From NCBI RefSeq assembly GCF_006345805.1, contig NC_043006.1:48856001-48920000 (forward strand): a stretch of 64,000 nt of DNA, read 5' to 3'. Position numbers and translations under genes: made by a program. Under the pieces are notes generated by a model. It saw nothing but the letters and a program-made list of their open reading frames with translations. It was not told where the DNA came from and did no database searches. This document shows, piece by piece, positions 38,430-51,562 of the stretch. Each line of letters starts with the position of its first letter. Within the stretch, counting starts at the first letter, position 1. This DNA comes from Octopus sinensis (lineage: Eukaryota).

Positions 38430-38740
38430 CATGTGTATGTGTGTGTGTGCATGTAAACTGAGATTGTATGCTACAGGCAAGGGATATGCATTGTGCACAT
38501 TGTGTTTACTTGCATATATATGTGTATGTGTTTTTTCATGTGTGTGTGTGTGTGTAAACACATGTATGCATGGGTGAAGTGCATATGTGGTGTACATGTG
38601 TGCACAACAAAAGTGTGATTAAGGTTGTATGTTAGAAGTGAGGAACGTGTGATAATTATGTTAGGTGTGTGCGTGTGTGTGCACATATATGCATGCACGT
38701 GTATGCAAACATGTGTACACACATACATATGCACATGTAG
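37950..38740. repeat. degenerate (GT)n/(TA)n field
   Basis: Direct reading of the sequence. Confidence 0.9.
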
Positions 38741-40344
38741 GGAGTGCAATTGTTTAGTTCTAGGTCACCACAGATCTAAGAAGCCTGTGATCAAAGGCAT
38801 TCCAGTAGCAGCAGTTATTCTGTCTTTGTAACCCTTTACCATTCAGACTATTCTCCCATCATCATCATCATCATCATCATTTAACATCTGCTTTCCATGC
38901 TGGCATGGGTTGGACGGCTTAACAGGAACTGGCTAAGCAGAAGACTGCACTAGGCTTCAGTGTCTGCTTTGACAGGGTTTTTGAAGACGGATGCCCTTCC
39001 TAATGCAAGATTTTGAAGATGTGGTTGTTTATTTTTAAAATGACATTGTAGAATATGTGTGACAGACCAGATCTGGCTGGTTTGAACATACAACTGGTAG
39101 AATTATTTGGGCCTGATATGGCCAGTTTAAAGTGACAAGTACCTTAACCCCTTGGGAGTTGTTGGGGTGCTGCAGCTACGCAGCATATCTAGGGTGAGAA
39201 AGCAATGCAGAGTCCATCCCTTTCCAGGATAAATTCATTTCTACAGTTGATTGGACTGGAACAACATGAAATGAAGTGTTTTACTCAAGAACACAATGGA
39301 TTGCGAAGTCCAGGGATTGAAACCACAATCTTACGGTTGTGAATTCAACACTCTGAGCACTAAGCAATGTGCCTTCACTAGTGGTACTCATTTCTACAGC
39401 TGAGCAAACTGGAGCAACATGAAGTGAAGTGTTTTGCTCAAGAATACAACACATTGCCCAGTCCAGGAATTGAAACCACAATCTTATGATGATGAGTCTA
39501 ACACCCTAACCACTAAGCCATGCACCTCCATTAGTTTAATGTATATAATGTATCTTATCCTCATTTAAAACAGGAGGGTGTGATCTGAGAGAGATTTGAC
39601 TGCTATTTCTAGTGGCTCAAGTGATCATGTAGAGGCTCTCCTGTTGACTTGTACATGTGTGTACTCGTGATGCATGTGTATGTGAATTCATATATGAGTG
39701 TGTGTATAAACGCAAGCTTGTATGTGTTTGTACTTTATCAGTAAAGCATACTTATTTTCAGGTAAGAGGTCATTAACTTTCTAATCCACATTTACACACT
39801 CAGAGTAAACTGTTTGTGCCTAAGCCATCTTGAAAAGATGTCAAAGGGTACAAAACATGAGAAACTATATAAAATCAACAATCAAAGTGGCTGGTTAGCC
39901 GGCGGGATGGTTGTTTGGTTGTTTGGTTGCCTTGATGTCAACTTTGGATAGTGGGGGTCTCTGTTGAATAAACAAAGCTGGAAGAGAAAATTTTTTAGAA
40001 GAACCCAGCTGAACTTTGACTAAAGCCTTAAACAAAAGACATTTCTTGGGTGTCCCTGTTGTTGTTGTTGGTGTCGTTGTTGTGGCAGCTGTTTAACCCT
40101 GGGATCAGTCAAAGGATCAAAGGTGTTCCACTTGTGTGCTATCTTTAACTTTGTTGCAGTCATTAGACCATGGCCATGCTGGGGCAACACCTTGAAGAAT
40201 TTTTAGTCGAATGAATCAACCTCAGGACTTAAATTTTTTGCCAACCCTGGTACTTATTCTATCGGTCTCTTTTGCTGAACTGCTTCGTTATGAGGACATA
40301 AATACACCAACACCAGTTGTCAAGCAGTGGTGGGTAACAAACAG

Positions 40345-40356
40345 ATACACACACAG

Positions 40357-40432
<76 letters not shown>

Positions 40433-40522
40433 GTGTATGTGTATATATATATATGTATGTATATATGTGTATGTGTATATATATATATGTATGTATATAT
40501 ATGTGTATGTGTATATATATAG

Positions 40523-40555
<33 letters not shown>
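40345..40555. repeat. expanded (TA/TG)n inside a family A SINE
   Basis: Direct reading of the sequence. Confidence 0.92.
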
Positions 40556-40558
<3 letters not shown>

Positions 40559-41523
40559 TAGGCTTCTTTCAGTTTCTGTCTATCAAATCCACTCACAAAG
40601 CTTTAGTCGGCCCAAGGCTATAGTGGAAAACACTTGCCCAAGGTACCACACAGTGGGACTGAACCCAGAACTATGTGGTTGGGGAAGCAAGCTTCTTACC
40701 ATACAGCCACACCTGCCACAACATCTAATAACTATACTGTATCCAATCCAATGTGTCCAGTCTTTCATGATAGCAGGGTATGATTTGAGGGAGACTTAGT
40801 AGCTATTTCTGTGAAGGTACGTGGCCACATGGTTAGGGTATTCAGCTCACGCTTGCAAAATCGTGGGTTCAATACTTGGTGGTGCATTTTGTCCTTTAGC
40901 AAGACACTTTGTTTCACTTTCCTCTTGTGTTCAATTTTACACTCGCATTGCTCTACAATCAGTTTGACACCTGTGGCACACAGTGTACCTGTTCAAACAA
41001 TGTCGATTTGATGGAGACAGTAAGCTAATGTGTGACACGAGCATTTGATCCCTATATGCAAAACATTTGTGCAGATCATTCAGCAAAAGCTGAACGCTCA
41101 TGTCACCTTCAACGGGAGAGTCCATCATGTGTATATATATGGGGGGGGGGGCCACAATGGCCCAGTGGTTAGGGCAGCAGACTTGTGGTGGAGGGATCGT
41201 GGGTTCGATTCCCAGACCAGGCATTGTGAGTGCTTATTGAGCGAAAACACCTAAAACTCCAAGAGGCTCCAGCAGGGTGGTGAACACTGCTGTACTCTTT
41301 CACCACAATTTTCTCTCACTCTTACTTCCTCTTTCTGTTGCACCTGTATTTCAAAGGGCCAACCTTATCACACTCTGTATCATGTTAAATTTCCCTGAGA
41401 ACTATATTAAGGGTACACATGTCCGTGGAGTGCTCAGCCACTTGCATGTTAATTTCACAAGTAGGCTGTTCCGTTGATCAGATCAACTGGAACCCTCGTC
41501 ATTGTAACCGAAGAAGTGCCCGC

Positions 41524-41564
<41 letters not shown>

Positions 41565-41568
<4 letters not shown>

Positions 41569-41770
41569 ATCCAAACATAAACAAAGAGAAAACACGTCAA
41601 CATAAGGACGTGGAACATGTATAGTGTTATTGGATGCTCAGGAAAGGAAAGAAAGAAGCAGGATTTAATGTTTTGAGTGGAGCTCTTCGTCAGAAACATC
41701 AAAAGAGGAAAGGTCCAAGGAAGGGAAGACGGAGAAAGAAAATCGCCAACGATATACACGCAATCACATA
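41565..41770 (-). mobile_element. Penelope-like terminal-repeat fragment with a degenerate hammerhead (41661-41700)
   Basis: gtttCTGACGAagagctccactcAAAAcatta; adjacent to a (TA)n tract. Confidence 0.55.
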
Positions 41771-43067
41771 TTGAAATGTGTGTGTTTGTATATATATATA
41801 TGTATATACATACACTAAAAAAATAAGATTAAAAAGGAGAAAAGACACCAAATGAAATTGGTAAAAAAATTTTTATGTTTTTGTTGGTGACAAAGCAGAC
41901 CAAATGAAACAAATCATTTAATTATATTACAGCTTTCTCAGACTTAATTTTAATCCAGCTGCAAGGTCAAGGGTAAAGAAAAAAAAAGAAATAAAAATAA
42001 AAACAAAAACAGAAGTGTTCCATAAATATCTTAGAGATTTGAGGGAAGGCAATTAAATGAGATTACATATTACATAATATGAATTCAGATATCAGTTATA
42101 TTAGATAAAACAATGAAGCCTAGACTATTACAGAAACAAAAACAGAAAAAAAAAACAGAGATTAATATGTAAAGTAGAGATAGAGAAGGTGTATGGGGGC
42201 CAGGGGGTAAGGTAGAGATTGCAAGGTGGAGCGCTTGTTTTGGACTGAATTGGCAATTTCAAATACTATATATTAACGACATGATAAGCAACATCTAGTT
42301 TTCGAAAATGTTTGATAAACACTTCTGGTTTCAGGTTCAGTCTCACTGCATAGCACCTGGGGCAAGTGTCTCCTATTACACACACACACATAAATATATA
42401 TACATATATACATATATATGCAGGGGTCTTCAGTTTCTGCCTACCAAATCCATTCACAAGGATTTGGTTGGCCTGAGGCTATAGTAGAAGACACTTGCCC
42501 AAGTTGTCACACAGTAGGACTGAACCCAAAACCCTGTGGTTGGGAAGCAAGCTTCTTACCACACAGCCACACCTGCACCTATTAATGACAAAACAAAATA
42601 AAGTTTGTTATACTTGGGGATGGTCAAGTTTTGCCAATTAAACACATGCCCTACATGTTTGATCATCACTTCAGTTTTATTATAATTATTTTTAGTTTAT
42701 TTGTCTGTCAAACAGAGAATAGTTGAAGTGGTCACAGAGTGTGTAACAGAAGAACTTTGACAGACAGATAAACTAAAAATAATTATAACAAGAGCACTCA
42801 GAGAGCACAAACCTCTGCCAAGGCGACACCAACATTCTCTCAACGATTAGCCAGAGATGATTTTTAAAATGAGAGTATCTGGAATAAACTTGACTGCTCT
42901 CAGAAACAAGAATACTAAAAATGAACCTGACCGCTCTCAAAAATTAAGTAAAAAAGCCAGAAAAATAATCCAGAATCCTTGTCCAGTACTGGATTAATCC
43001 CCAAATCTAATCAGTTCATGCCAGTCACAAGGCCAGATATCTCTGAAAGTCTCGTCCAAATTCATCA

Positions 43068-43233
43068 AGGCGCAGGAGTGGCTGTGTGGTAAGTAGCTTG
43101 TTTACCAACCACATGGTTCCGGGTTCAGTCCCACTGCGTGGCACCTTGGGCAAGTGTCTTCTACTATAGCCTTGGGCCGACCAAAGCCTTGTGAGTGGAT
43201 TTGGTAGACGGAAACTGAAAGAAGCCCGTCGTA

Positions 43234-43279
<46 letters not shown>

Positions 43280-43505
43280 ATGCGTGTGTATGTTTGTGTG
43301 TCTGTGTTTGTCCCCCTAGCATTGCTTGATAACCGATGCTGGTGTGTTTATGTCCCCGTTACTTAGTGGTTCGGCAAAAGAGACCAATAGAATAAGTACT
43401 GGGCTTACAAAAGAATAAGTCCTGGGGTCGAGTTGCTCGATTAAAGGCAGTGCTCCAGCATGGCCGCAGTCAAATGACTAAAACTAGTAAAAGAGTAAAG
43501 AGTGA
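43068..43505 (+). mobile_element. SINE family A, full length (tRNA-like head, ccttgggcaagtgtctt core, central (TA/TG)n, AAGAGTA tail)
   Basis: Near-identical copies at about 680-1050(+), 9030-9475(-), 31010-31380(-), 32078-32472(+), 40170-40720(-), 48998-49420(+), 51320-51890(-), 61390-61772(-). Confidence 0.9.
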
Positions 43506-43966
43506 AGATAAAATAAACAGTGCATGTGTTTAATTGGCAAAATATGACCATCCCCAAGCATAACAATATCTGTTTCAACACACATTTTCACAAAATATAT
43601 GCATAATTGTAAAAATAAAATAGAGCTTGCAGACATGGGGCTCCACAAACAATGCTGTCCTGTGGTTAAACAACAACAACCAACAATAGAAATCACGTTT
43701 TTAAAGGTCCTAAATTTCAGAATGACATAACTTCACAATAAAGATTGGGTAGCCATGGTTGAAAAAAAACCTGTTGAATATGCTTTTTGTGTGATCAGCA
43801 ACATTCATATTCTGGATCTGATCAAGCACAATATTTGAATTCAAAATACTGAAAGATAAGAATATGTTATGTCACTTATAATATCATAACTGAAAACTGC
43901 AAAGCATGTAATACACATATCTGTACAAACACACAAAAGCACGCTTGCATAGATTTTAATACTCAC

Positions 43967-44086
43967 AGGACTAGACTGAGTTGGCAATCCAGTGGAGGCG
44001 TTGAACACCATACTGGTACTTTTATTGAGGTTTTTGTGGAAATTGGTGATATCTTCAATGGAAGGGACATTTTTTTTTATACACTT
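43967..44086 (-). CDS. ATOSA: ATOSA exon KCIKKNVPSIEDITNFHKNLNKSTSMVFNASTGLPTQSSP
   Basis: ttgcag| acceptor, |gtgagt donor; 120 nt, phase 0/0; similar to FAM214A AFHPQTGLPLLSSP. Confidence 0.92.
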
Positions 44087-45286
44087 CTGCAAGACAAACA
44101 AAACGAAGAAACAATTTTCAGTTGTCGATTAATGCTTATGGGGGGAACAAATATATATATATATGGCAATGGAAATCTTAATAATTGTTTCAAAGTTTGA
44201 TGCAAAGCCAGTGATTTTAAGGTGAGCGGATAATAATTGTTTACATCAACCCCAGTAGTTGACCGGTAATTAATTTTACCAACCTGAAAGGATGAAAGGT
44301 CAAGTTGACTATGATGAGATTTGAACTCAAAGAATAAAGAACCAAAAGAAATACTGCTGAGCATTTTGTCCAAAAGGCTAACAATTCCTCCAGCTCACTG
44401 CCTGAATGGAAATCTTAATAATGCTGGTGTATGGCAACAAAACAAGAATTTATTTACTATTTTGGCTTACAGACTCATAAACATTTGTTTTGTTTTTTTG
44501 AGTGGGGGGTGTTCATATTTACAGCATCAATAATAAATGTCATGCTTTCAACCTTGAAGCTCATAATCCTCAAGATTTAAAAAATCATAATCATTAGTTG
44601 CTTTTATGATTACTTTTCTAGAGTTAAGTAAATCAGGTTATTAAGTTCTTTTTAATTAATTCTTCCTGAAATAATTTTAATTAATATAACTTTGTTTGCT
44701 TAGTGTGTTTTATATGGAAACATTACACACATGAGTTCAATACCTGCCAAGGTCAACTTTGCCTTTCATCCTTTCAGCTTATTTACTGGATAGTGAAGGC
44801 ATGTGGCTTAGTGTTTAAGGGTATTTAGTTCACAATCGTAAGGTGGTGAGTTCAATTCTTGCTGGCTTGCTATGTCCTTGAGCGAGATGCTTTATTTCAC
44901 ATTGCTCCAATCCACTTAGCTGGCAAAAATGGGTTGTACATATAATTCAAAGGGTCCAGTCTTGTCACATTCTGTGACACACCAAATCTCCTTGAGAACT
45001 ACATTAAGGGGACACAGTCTGTGGAGTACTCAGCCACATGCATATTAATTTCATGAGCAGGTTATTTCATTGATCAGATCAACCGGAACCTTCGATATTG
45101 TAACCAATGGAATGCCAGTTTAATTTACTGGACAGTAAATAAATCTAATCCAGAGTTTATTTACTGAACTGGTAAATAAATATTGGACTTTATATACCAG
45201 TCGCTGAAGTCTGGTGCAGGCTTCAGCCTGGCTGGCTCTTGTGAAACCATCCCATCCATGCCAGCATGGAAGGCAGATGCTAAACA

Positions 45287-45318
<32 letters not shown>

Positions 45319-45339
45319 ATCAGTCCAGTACAGGGACTA

Positions 45340-45790
45340 ATAAATACAGTACCACTACCTATACTGGATTTCGTAATTATGTGGGAACTGACTGCACTCT
45401 GAAAGAATGCACTCAGGAATAACACATGTAGGAGACTAATGAAGGAAAGATTGCCAAATACCAGCCATGCAGAAAACTGGGCTGGCAAGCATGTTGCAAG
45501 GCAACTGAAGAGAGTTGCCAAGGTTTTGCTTGGTGTTCAGTAAAGCACTGTCACGGTTTGGAGTTAATGGTGCTGCAAAGAGGAGGGCCATAAATTCTAT
45601 TGTTGAAGCTGCAGAGAAAGCCAGTAGGTGGTTTTAGATAAAGAGGACTGCCTGGTGGTTCATTGCTACTGGGAAGCAAGCTAGGGTTTGATTGATCCTG
45701 GCTTGATCAACAGGGTGAAAGGGGTCTGATGTTGAAGGACCTAAGACCCCAGAAACACCACTGATGATGTATTCCAGAGCACCTATGAGA
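45340..45790 (+). mobile_element. decayed HERO-like (RLE-type) non-LTR retrotransposon 3' end
   Basis: Frameshifted translation ELTAL*...KIAKYQPCRKLGWQACCKATEESCQGFA...GVNGAAKRRAINSIVEAAEKASRWF*IKR resembles ELTVPWE...K.AKY...EVGCRGF...AAEKASRWLW.KR. Confidence 0.75.
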
Positions 45791-46731
45791 TCATCATCAT
45801 CATCGTTTAATATTCTTCTTCCATGCTGGCATGGGTTGAATGGTTTGACAAGAGCTGGCCAGGCAGAAGACTGCACCATGCTCCTGTCTGTTTTGATATG
45901 GTTTTTACTGCTGGATGCTGTTCCTAACACCAACCACCCCACAGAATGGGCTGGGCGGTTTTCACGTGGCACCAGCACAGGTGAGGTCAGTTTTGGCATG
46001 GTTTTTACAGCTGGATGCCTTTCCAAATGCCAATCACATTACAGTATGGGCTGGTACTGACCAATAAATAATTTACCAGTCCAATACTGGGGTCAATTTA
46101 TCTTATTTTACTTTCTTTCTATTTCCCTTTCATTTTTTCTGAAAGAAATTGGCTATGGTCAGACCTGAAAAGGAATGGGCTTAGCCAAATTTTAAAATGT
46201 CCAAAGCAGGCCATCAGTTCTGACAAAGACTCTGTGACTCTGACAAGTATTACAAGAGTAGAGCAAGGCAACTCTTCATCAACCAAATACATCTGTATCT
46301 AAGATATGTTACGAGTTACCAAGTCTGGGTTAGCCTACCATCAACCATCACCCATTATAACAACTTACTCTACACTACAAGATTTAAGATTCACATCTTA
46401 TACGTAAAGGTAATTTTATAGTTGAAGTATATAGTAAATCTAATACAAATAGGCATAGCCCTTTGTTGACCCCTTCTCTTCATAAGTTAGGTCCAAGCAA
46501 TAACATATTCTTCTAAGTTATCTTGTTGGGTTTCCACTTGCATTGATTACTCTGTAGATTTGTCAAATACTTTTAATAATATATCACAACACAATGTTCA
46601 TATAGTAGTATTATATCTGTAGGAGTACAAAGATACAAGCAGCCACAAGGTGGACAGTAATAAATAGCTGTGTATCATCAAGGAGTCTCCTTACAGTTAC
46701 CTGAATTGCTAGAAAAAGCAGCCAAATCTCT

Positions 46732-46948
46732 ATCACGTTTTGGCTGATATACCCTCCAACCTTCATCAGGTGTCTTGGGGAAACTTCGAACCTGGGTTTT
46801 CATTCCTAAGGTATATTTCGATGTTATTATTATTATTACTATTATTATTATTATTATTACTGTTATTATTATTCAGGACACTGCCTGGAATCGAACTCGG
46901 AATCTTGAGGTTAGTAGCCCACGGTCTTAACCACTATGCCATATGTCC
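46732..46948 (-). mobile_element. tRNA-headed SINE-like element with internal (AAT)n and a degenerate 3' hammerhead motif; deleted copy at about 50255-50410
   Basis: Box A tggcatagtggtt, box B gagttcgattcc; CTGATGAa-ggttg...cagcc-AAAA-cgt. Confidence 0.7.
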
Positions 46949-47344
46949 TTAGACTCACTTTGTTTCAATTAATTTTTTAAATAATTAAGAATTTAGTAAA
47001 ACAATTTTGCCATTAAGGTGGTGCATGGAACCTAAATTACCATGAAATGTTGATAGAAGATTTTAATTTAGATTACTTTAAAACAGGTTGTTTGAATCCT
47101 GGAATCAGGGATGGTCACATGTGGATTGGTAACAAAAGGGTTTAATCCTTTAGCATTTGGAATATTCTGTCAAATTAAATCTTATTAATTCAAACTGTCT
47201 TGTATTAATCATGCATTATTTTGCATCTTCAAGATTTTGATGATGTGAATGTTCATTTTAAGAATAACTTTATTGGGTAGGTGTGAGAGGCTGGATTTGG
47301 GTAGTTTCAATATTATCTGTTTGTCTATTTAGGGCAGCTAAAAT

Positions 47345-47515
47345 TACCAAGATCCATGGACGGGTTCTCTCTAGAGGTCTTTGTCCTTCATCATCACTGC
47401 CATGTCCTGTGTCTCCTAGAGACCAGCATCTGTCCTTAGTGCATCAACATATGTCATCCTTACTCTCCCTCTTCTCGTGAGTCCATGTAAGGACTCCCAC
47501 AGGAGCACTAAGTGT
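47345..47515 (-). mobile_element. decayed RTE/RTEX-like C-terminal fragment nested in a piggyBac-type MITE
   Basis: LLWESLHGLTRRGRVRMTYVDALRTDAGL*ETQDMAVMMKDKDL resembles LLWEP.HG.R.RGRP..TY.D.L..DTG. Confidence 0.6.
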
Positions 47516-48997
47516 AGTATCAACTCTGTCGATAGAGAGTTCAGCATTAAATAGATCGAATATTTCAGCCGATTATGGCCGGTTTAAATGTTAAAGGGTT
47601 AAAAAAATACTGCTTCATTAAAACCTGGAAATGTCAGAATGCTAAGCTATTTCTATGATTTGTGGTGTTTTGCAACAGGAAAGCTGGTGGTAAAAATAGT
47701 GCTACGTTGGTGTGCAACATGTAAGAATTTCTCAAGAAGCTGGGCTCAGTTGTAATGGTTTAAGAGGGACAAGGAAAGAAATGACTAAACTGGAGATGTT
47801 CCAAGTCATGTTTCTAGTTCAACAGCACTCAGAGTAAGAACCTGAGAACTTGGTAATGTAAATATCTCACCTCTAAAGATTCTAGATGAGGTGGAACATA
47901 TTTTATCAAATATGAAGATTATCTTTTAAGGTCAAACTATTTCCCCTCTCCCAGTCACCACCATCACCAATGAATTCTTTCTCTCTGCACTAGACATGAA
48001 ACTTGAACGATTACTAATTATTGGCCCACTACATTAAGTATATTAACATTTATCTATTTCTTTTTCATGCAGAAGGCACCGCTGAGTAGCTCCCCCCTCC
48101 CTAGCACCATACTTGAATTATTTTCATACGTTATAATGCCACTCGGTCTTCACTCTCCCCGCTCCACCAAAGGACCCCTATATCTTCTCTAATCATTAAA
48201 ACATCTGGAAATAAAGTAAAAAAAATTTATATGGCCTTGCTGAGGAGACCAAATAAGACAAAAACATGTCTAGAATTGACAGTGTACTTACAAAAATCAA
48301 TGACTCTCTCGACCCACTAAAATTTATTTTTAATTAATTTAAATGTTTGAGTTGTCTCCTCTGCATTTTTTGACCAGAAATAGTCATTAACATAATGACT
48401 TTTTTTGTCTCTAAACCTGCTTTCTCTTACCCTTTTCCCGTCTATTTAACCCCTTTCTTCTTATTCTCCCAGTATAAAGTCATCACCACCACCAATTTAG
48501 GTTCATTGTCGTGCAAACTGCATGATGGTCTTGCTGGTAGTATGAAAAAAAAAAAGCATGCAGTACAACAGTAAAGTGGTTGGTGTTGGGAAGGGCATCT
48601 AGCCAGCCATAGAAACCATACCAAATGGACACTAGAACATGATTCAGTCCTTGGACCCATTGTATCATGTCAAACCATCCAACCGATACAAGTATGAAAC
48701 ATGGAAGTTAAATGATGACAACTATAGGTATTATTTTTTTTATTAATTAAAGTCTCTTGCTTTCACTAATTACCATATTTGATGGCCCATAAAACACACT
48801 TTTTTACCCAAAAATGGCTTTAAAAGTCCCCCTACATCCAACGCACTCAATGTAGGCTCAAAACTTGCTCAAAACAGTATGTATGTTTACAAAACATGTG
48901 CTGCCATCTATTGGTGAACAATCGCCTACGGTGTGTTTACATCGAATGTAGATGCAATAAATTGCTTATAAATACTGGTAATAGTATAAAGTTATAC

Positions 48998-49420
48998 AGG
49001 TGCAGGACTGGGTGTGTGGTAAGTAGCTTACTTACGAACCACATGGTTCTGGGTTCAGTCCCACTGTGTGGAACCTTGGGCAAGTGTCTTCTACTATAGA
49101 CTCGGGCTGACCAAAGCCTTGTGAGTGGATTTGGTAGACGGAAACTGAAACAAGCCCATCGTATATATGTGTATATATATATATGTATGTGTGTGTATAT
49201 GTTGTGTATCTGTGTTTGTCCCCCCAACATCGCTTGGCAACTGATGCTGGTGTGTTTATGTCCCCATAACTTAGCGGTTCGGCAAAAGAGACCGATAGAA
49301 TAAGTAATAGGTTTACAAAGAATAAGTCCTGGGGTCGATTTGATTTGACTAAAGGCGGTGCTCCAGCATGGCCGCAGTCAAATGACTGAAACAAGTAAAA
49401 GAGTAAAAGGGTAAAGAGAG
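48998..49420 (+). mobile_element. SINE family A, full length
   Basis: Collinear with 43068-43505. Confidence 0.9.
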
Positions 49421-50570
49421 GTAAGTGGAGGAAATAAAACCTTATTTTAGTGGTAATTTATTTTACAAAAGTATAGCCAAAGCTAGGGTGCATCCTATGC
49501 ACTCATGCATCTCACAGGCCATCAAATATGGTAAGTATGTTAGCACCCATTTTGCTATTAGTTTTCCATGCAGCAGGTGTCCACGAGTATTTTTCCCCAG
49601 CCATTCTATTCGATATTTATCCTGCTGTTAGAGAGCTTATATCCCTGCACGAATAATATATCACAATGACAATAGCTAATAATATCTCAATACCTTCAGC
49701 AATACGGTAATAAGATATTGATTTTGTTTTGACTTGCAGAGAATATTAACTTTTTTTTTGTTTTTGCTTTTGGTCAGTTTACCAAAAACATCTGGTCAAG
49801 CTTTATCCAATAAAAGTCAGAAATAATGTAATAATCAAGGGAAATATTAGTCTCAAAATATGGAATACACTGTTATTAACTACAGGAAGATCTCCAATTA
49901 TATCAGTTATCAAAATGGAAGTCGGAAATGTTATTTTCTCATTGACTATGAAATATTTTCTTAATCTATTTTCGAAATAATATTTGATAATAATAGTCAT
50001 GCACAGGTATGGCTGTGTGGTTATGAAGCTTACTTCTCGACCATGTGTTTTTGGGTTCAGTCCCTCTTCATGGCACCCTGGGCAAATTTCTTCTACAAAA
50101 ACAACAGGATTACCAAAATCTTGTGAGTGAGTTTAGTAGCCAGAAACTCCAAAGAAGTTTGTGTGTGTGTGTGTGTGTGTGTGTTTACTCTTGTCTAGAC
50201 ATCATGTGATGGTAGTAAATGAACACCATTCTCAGCAAAGTTATTCATTCATTATTTACATTATTTTCATTATTTACATTCGATGGATATTTTTCAGGTG
50301 TCTTGGGGAAATTTCGAACCTAAGGTATTTTTCGATGTTGTTGTTGTTATTGTTGTTGTTGTTGTTATTATTGTTCAGGTCACTACTTGGAATTGAACTT
50401 GGAATCTTAGCTGGTACTTATTTTAGCAACCCTAAAAGGATGAAAGGTGAAGTTGACAAAAGCAGTGTATTTCTACAGAAATGTGGTAATGAAAGGGTCA
50501 CATAAACCCCAGAATTGATACACTCGGTGTGATACTCTTTTCCTCTTTTATTTGTTTCAGGCATTTCACT

Positions 50571-50759
50571 ATTTTGTAACCCTTTAAAATGGAAGATAAG
50601 AAAGTTCATTTTCGGCACTTGATGCTTTGGGAACCATACAAAAATTGCTGCAGCTTAGCTGGGATGTGTTACCCCACCCTCCATATTCACCAGATATTCA
50701 CTAAAATAAGCCGAATGGTAAGCTACTATAAATCGGCACGAACTCTCCGGACAACCCAA
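50571..50759 (+). mobile_element. rearranged copy of the same mariner derivative
   Basis: Same N/C deletion junction; 50701-50759 is the reverse complement of the element's left end; followed by TA. Confidence 0.88.
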
Positions 50760-51529
50760 TAATATCAATATTGAATTCAAAGGTGGCATGCTGGCAGAAT
50801 TGTTAGCACATCAGCACAAGCACAGCTGTGGGGGCAGTCCACCCTAGGCAGCACCAGTTTTGAGTCTGCTGTATGATATATGTACTCTTTGTGGGGGCCT
50901 GGGGGTGGCAAACTGAAGGGCTGCCCTGGGAAGCACACACTCTGGCTACACTAGTGCATACCAGACAAAATGCTTAACGACATTTCATGCCGTTAAATTC
51001 TGAGTTCCAATTCTGCCAAAGTCGACTTCGTCTTTCATCCTTTCGGGGTTAATAAAATAAGTACCAGAAGAATACCGGGGTTGATGTAATCAACTTACCT
51101 CCTCCCTTGAAATTGCTGGCCTTGTGCAAAAAATCTAAAATGACTATTACAGTTGAATTCATCATATTTATGATTTAATTAACTGATAATATATTACAGA
51201 GATGTACTTGCATAGCAAGTAACCTGATCTGAGATGGTGTGCTGAAACAAAAACAATTGTGGCGTGGAAAGTTTTTAGAAGCCATTTAAAAATGCACATA
51301 TACCGTTAGATTCATTTTTATTCTTTTATTTGTTTCAGTCATTTCATTGTGGCCATGCTGGAGCACCATCTTTAGTCAAACAAATCGAACCCAGGACTTA
51401 TTCTTTGGAAGCCCTTACTTATTCTATCAGGCTCTGTTTGCCGAACCACTAAGTTACAGGGATGCAAACACTCCATCATCGGTTGTCAAGAGATGGAGAG
51501 AAGACAAACACAGTCACATAAACATATAC

Positions 51530-51562
<33 letters not shown>

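Noticed and set aside
45715-45775. CTGATGT...GAAAC in the HERO-like 3' UTR as a hammerhead
   Set aside because: The core deviates (A9 absent), and the segment is locked in a ggggtct/agacccc hairpin.
46090-46640. Possible very old CR1 fragment on the minus strand (YEEK-like motif)
   Set aside because: Too decayed to support; only a few residues match.
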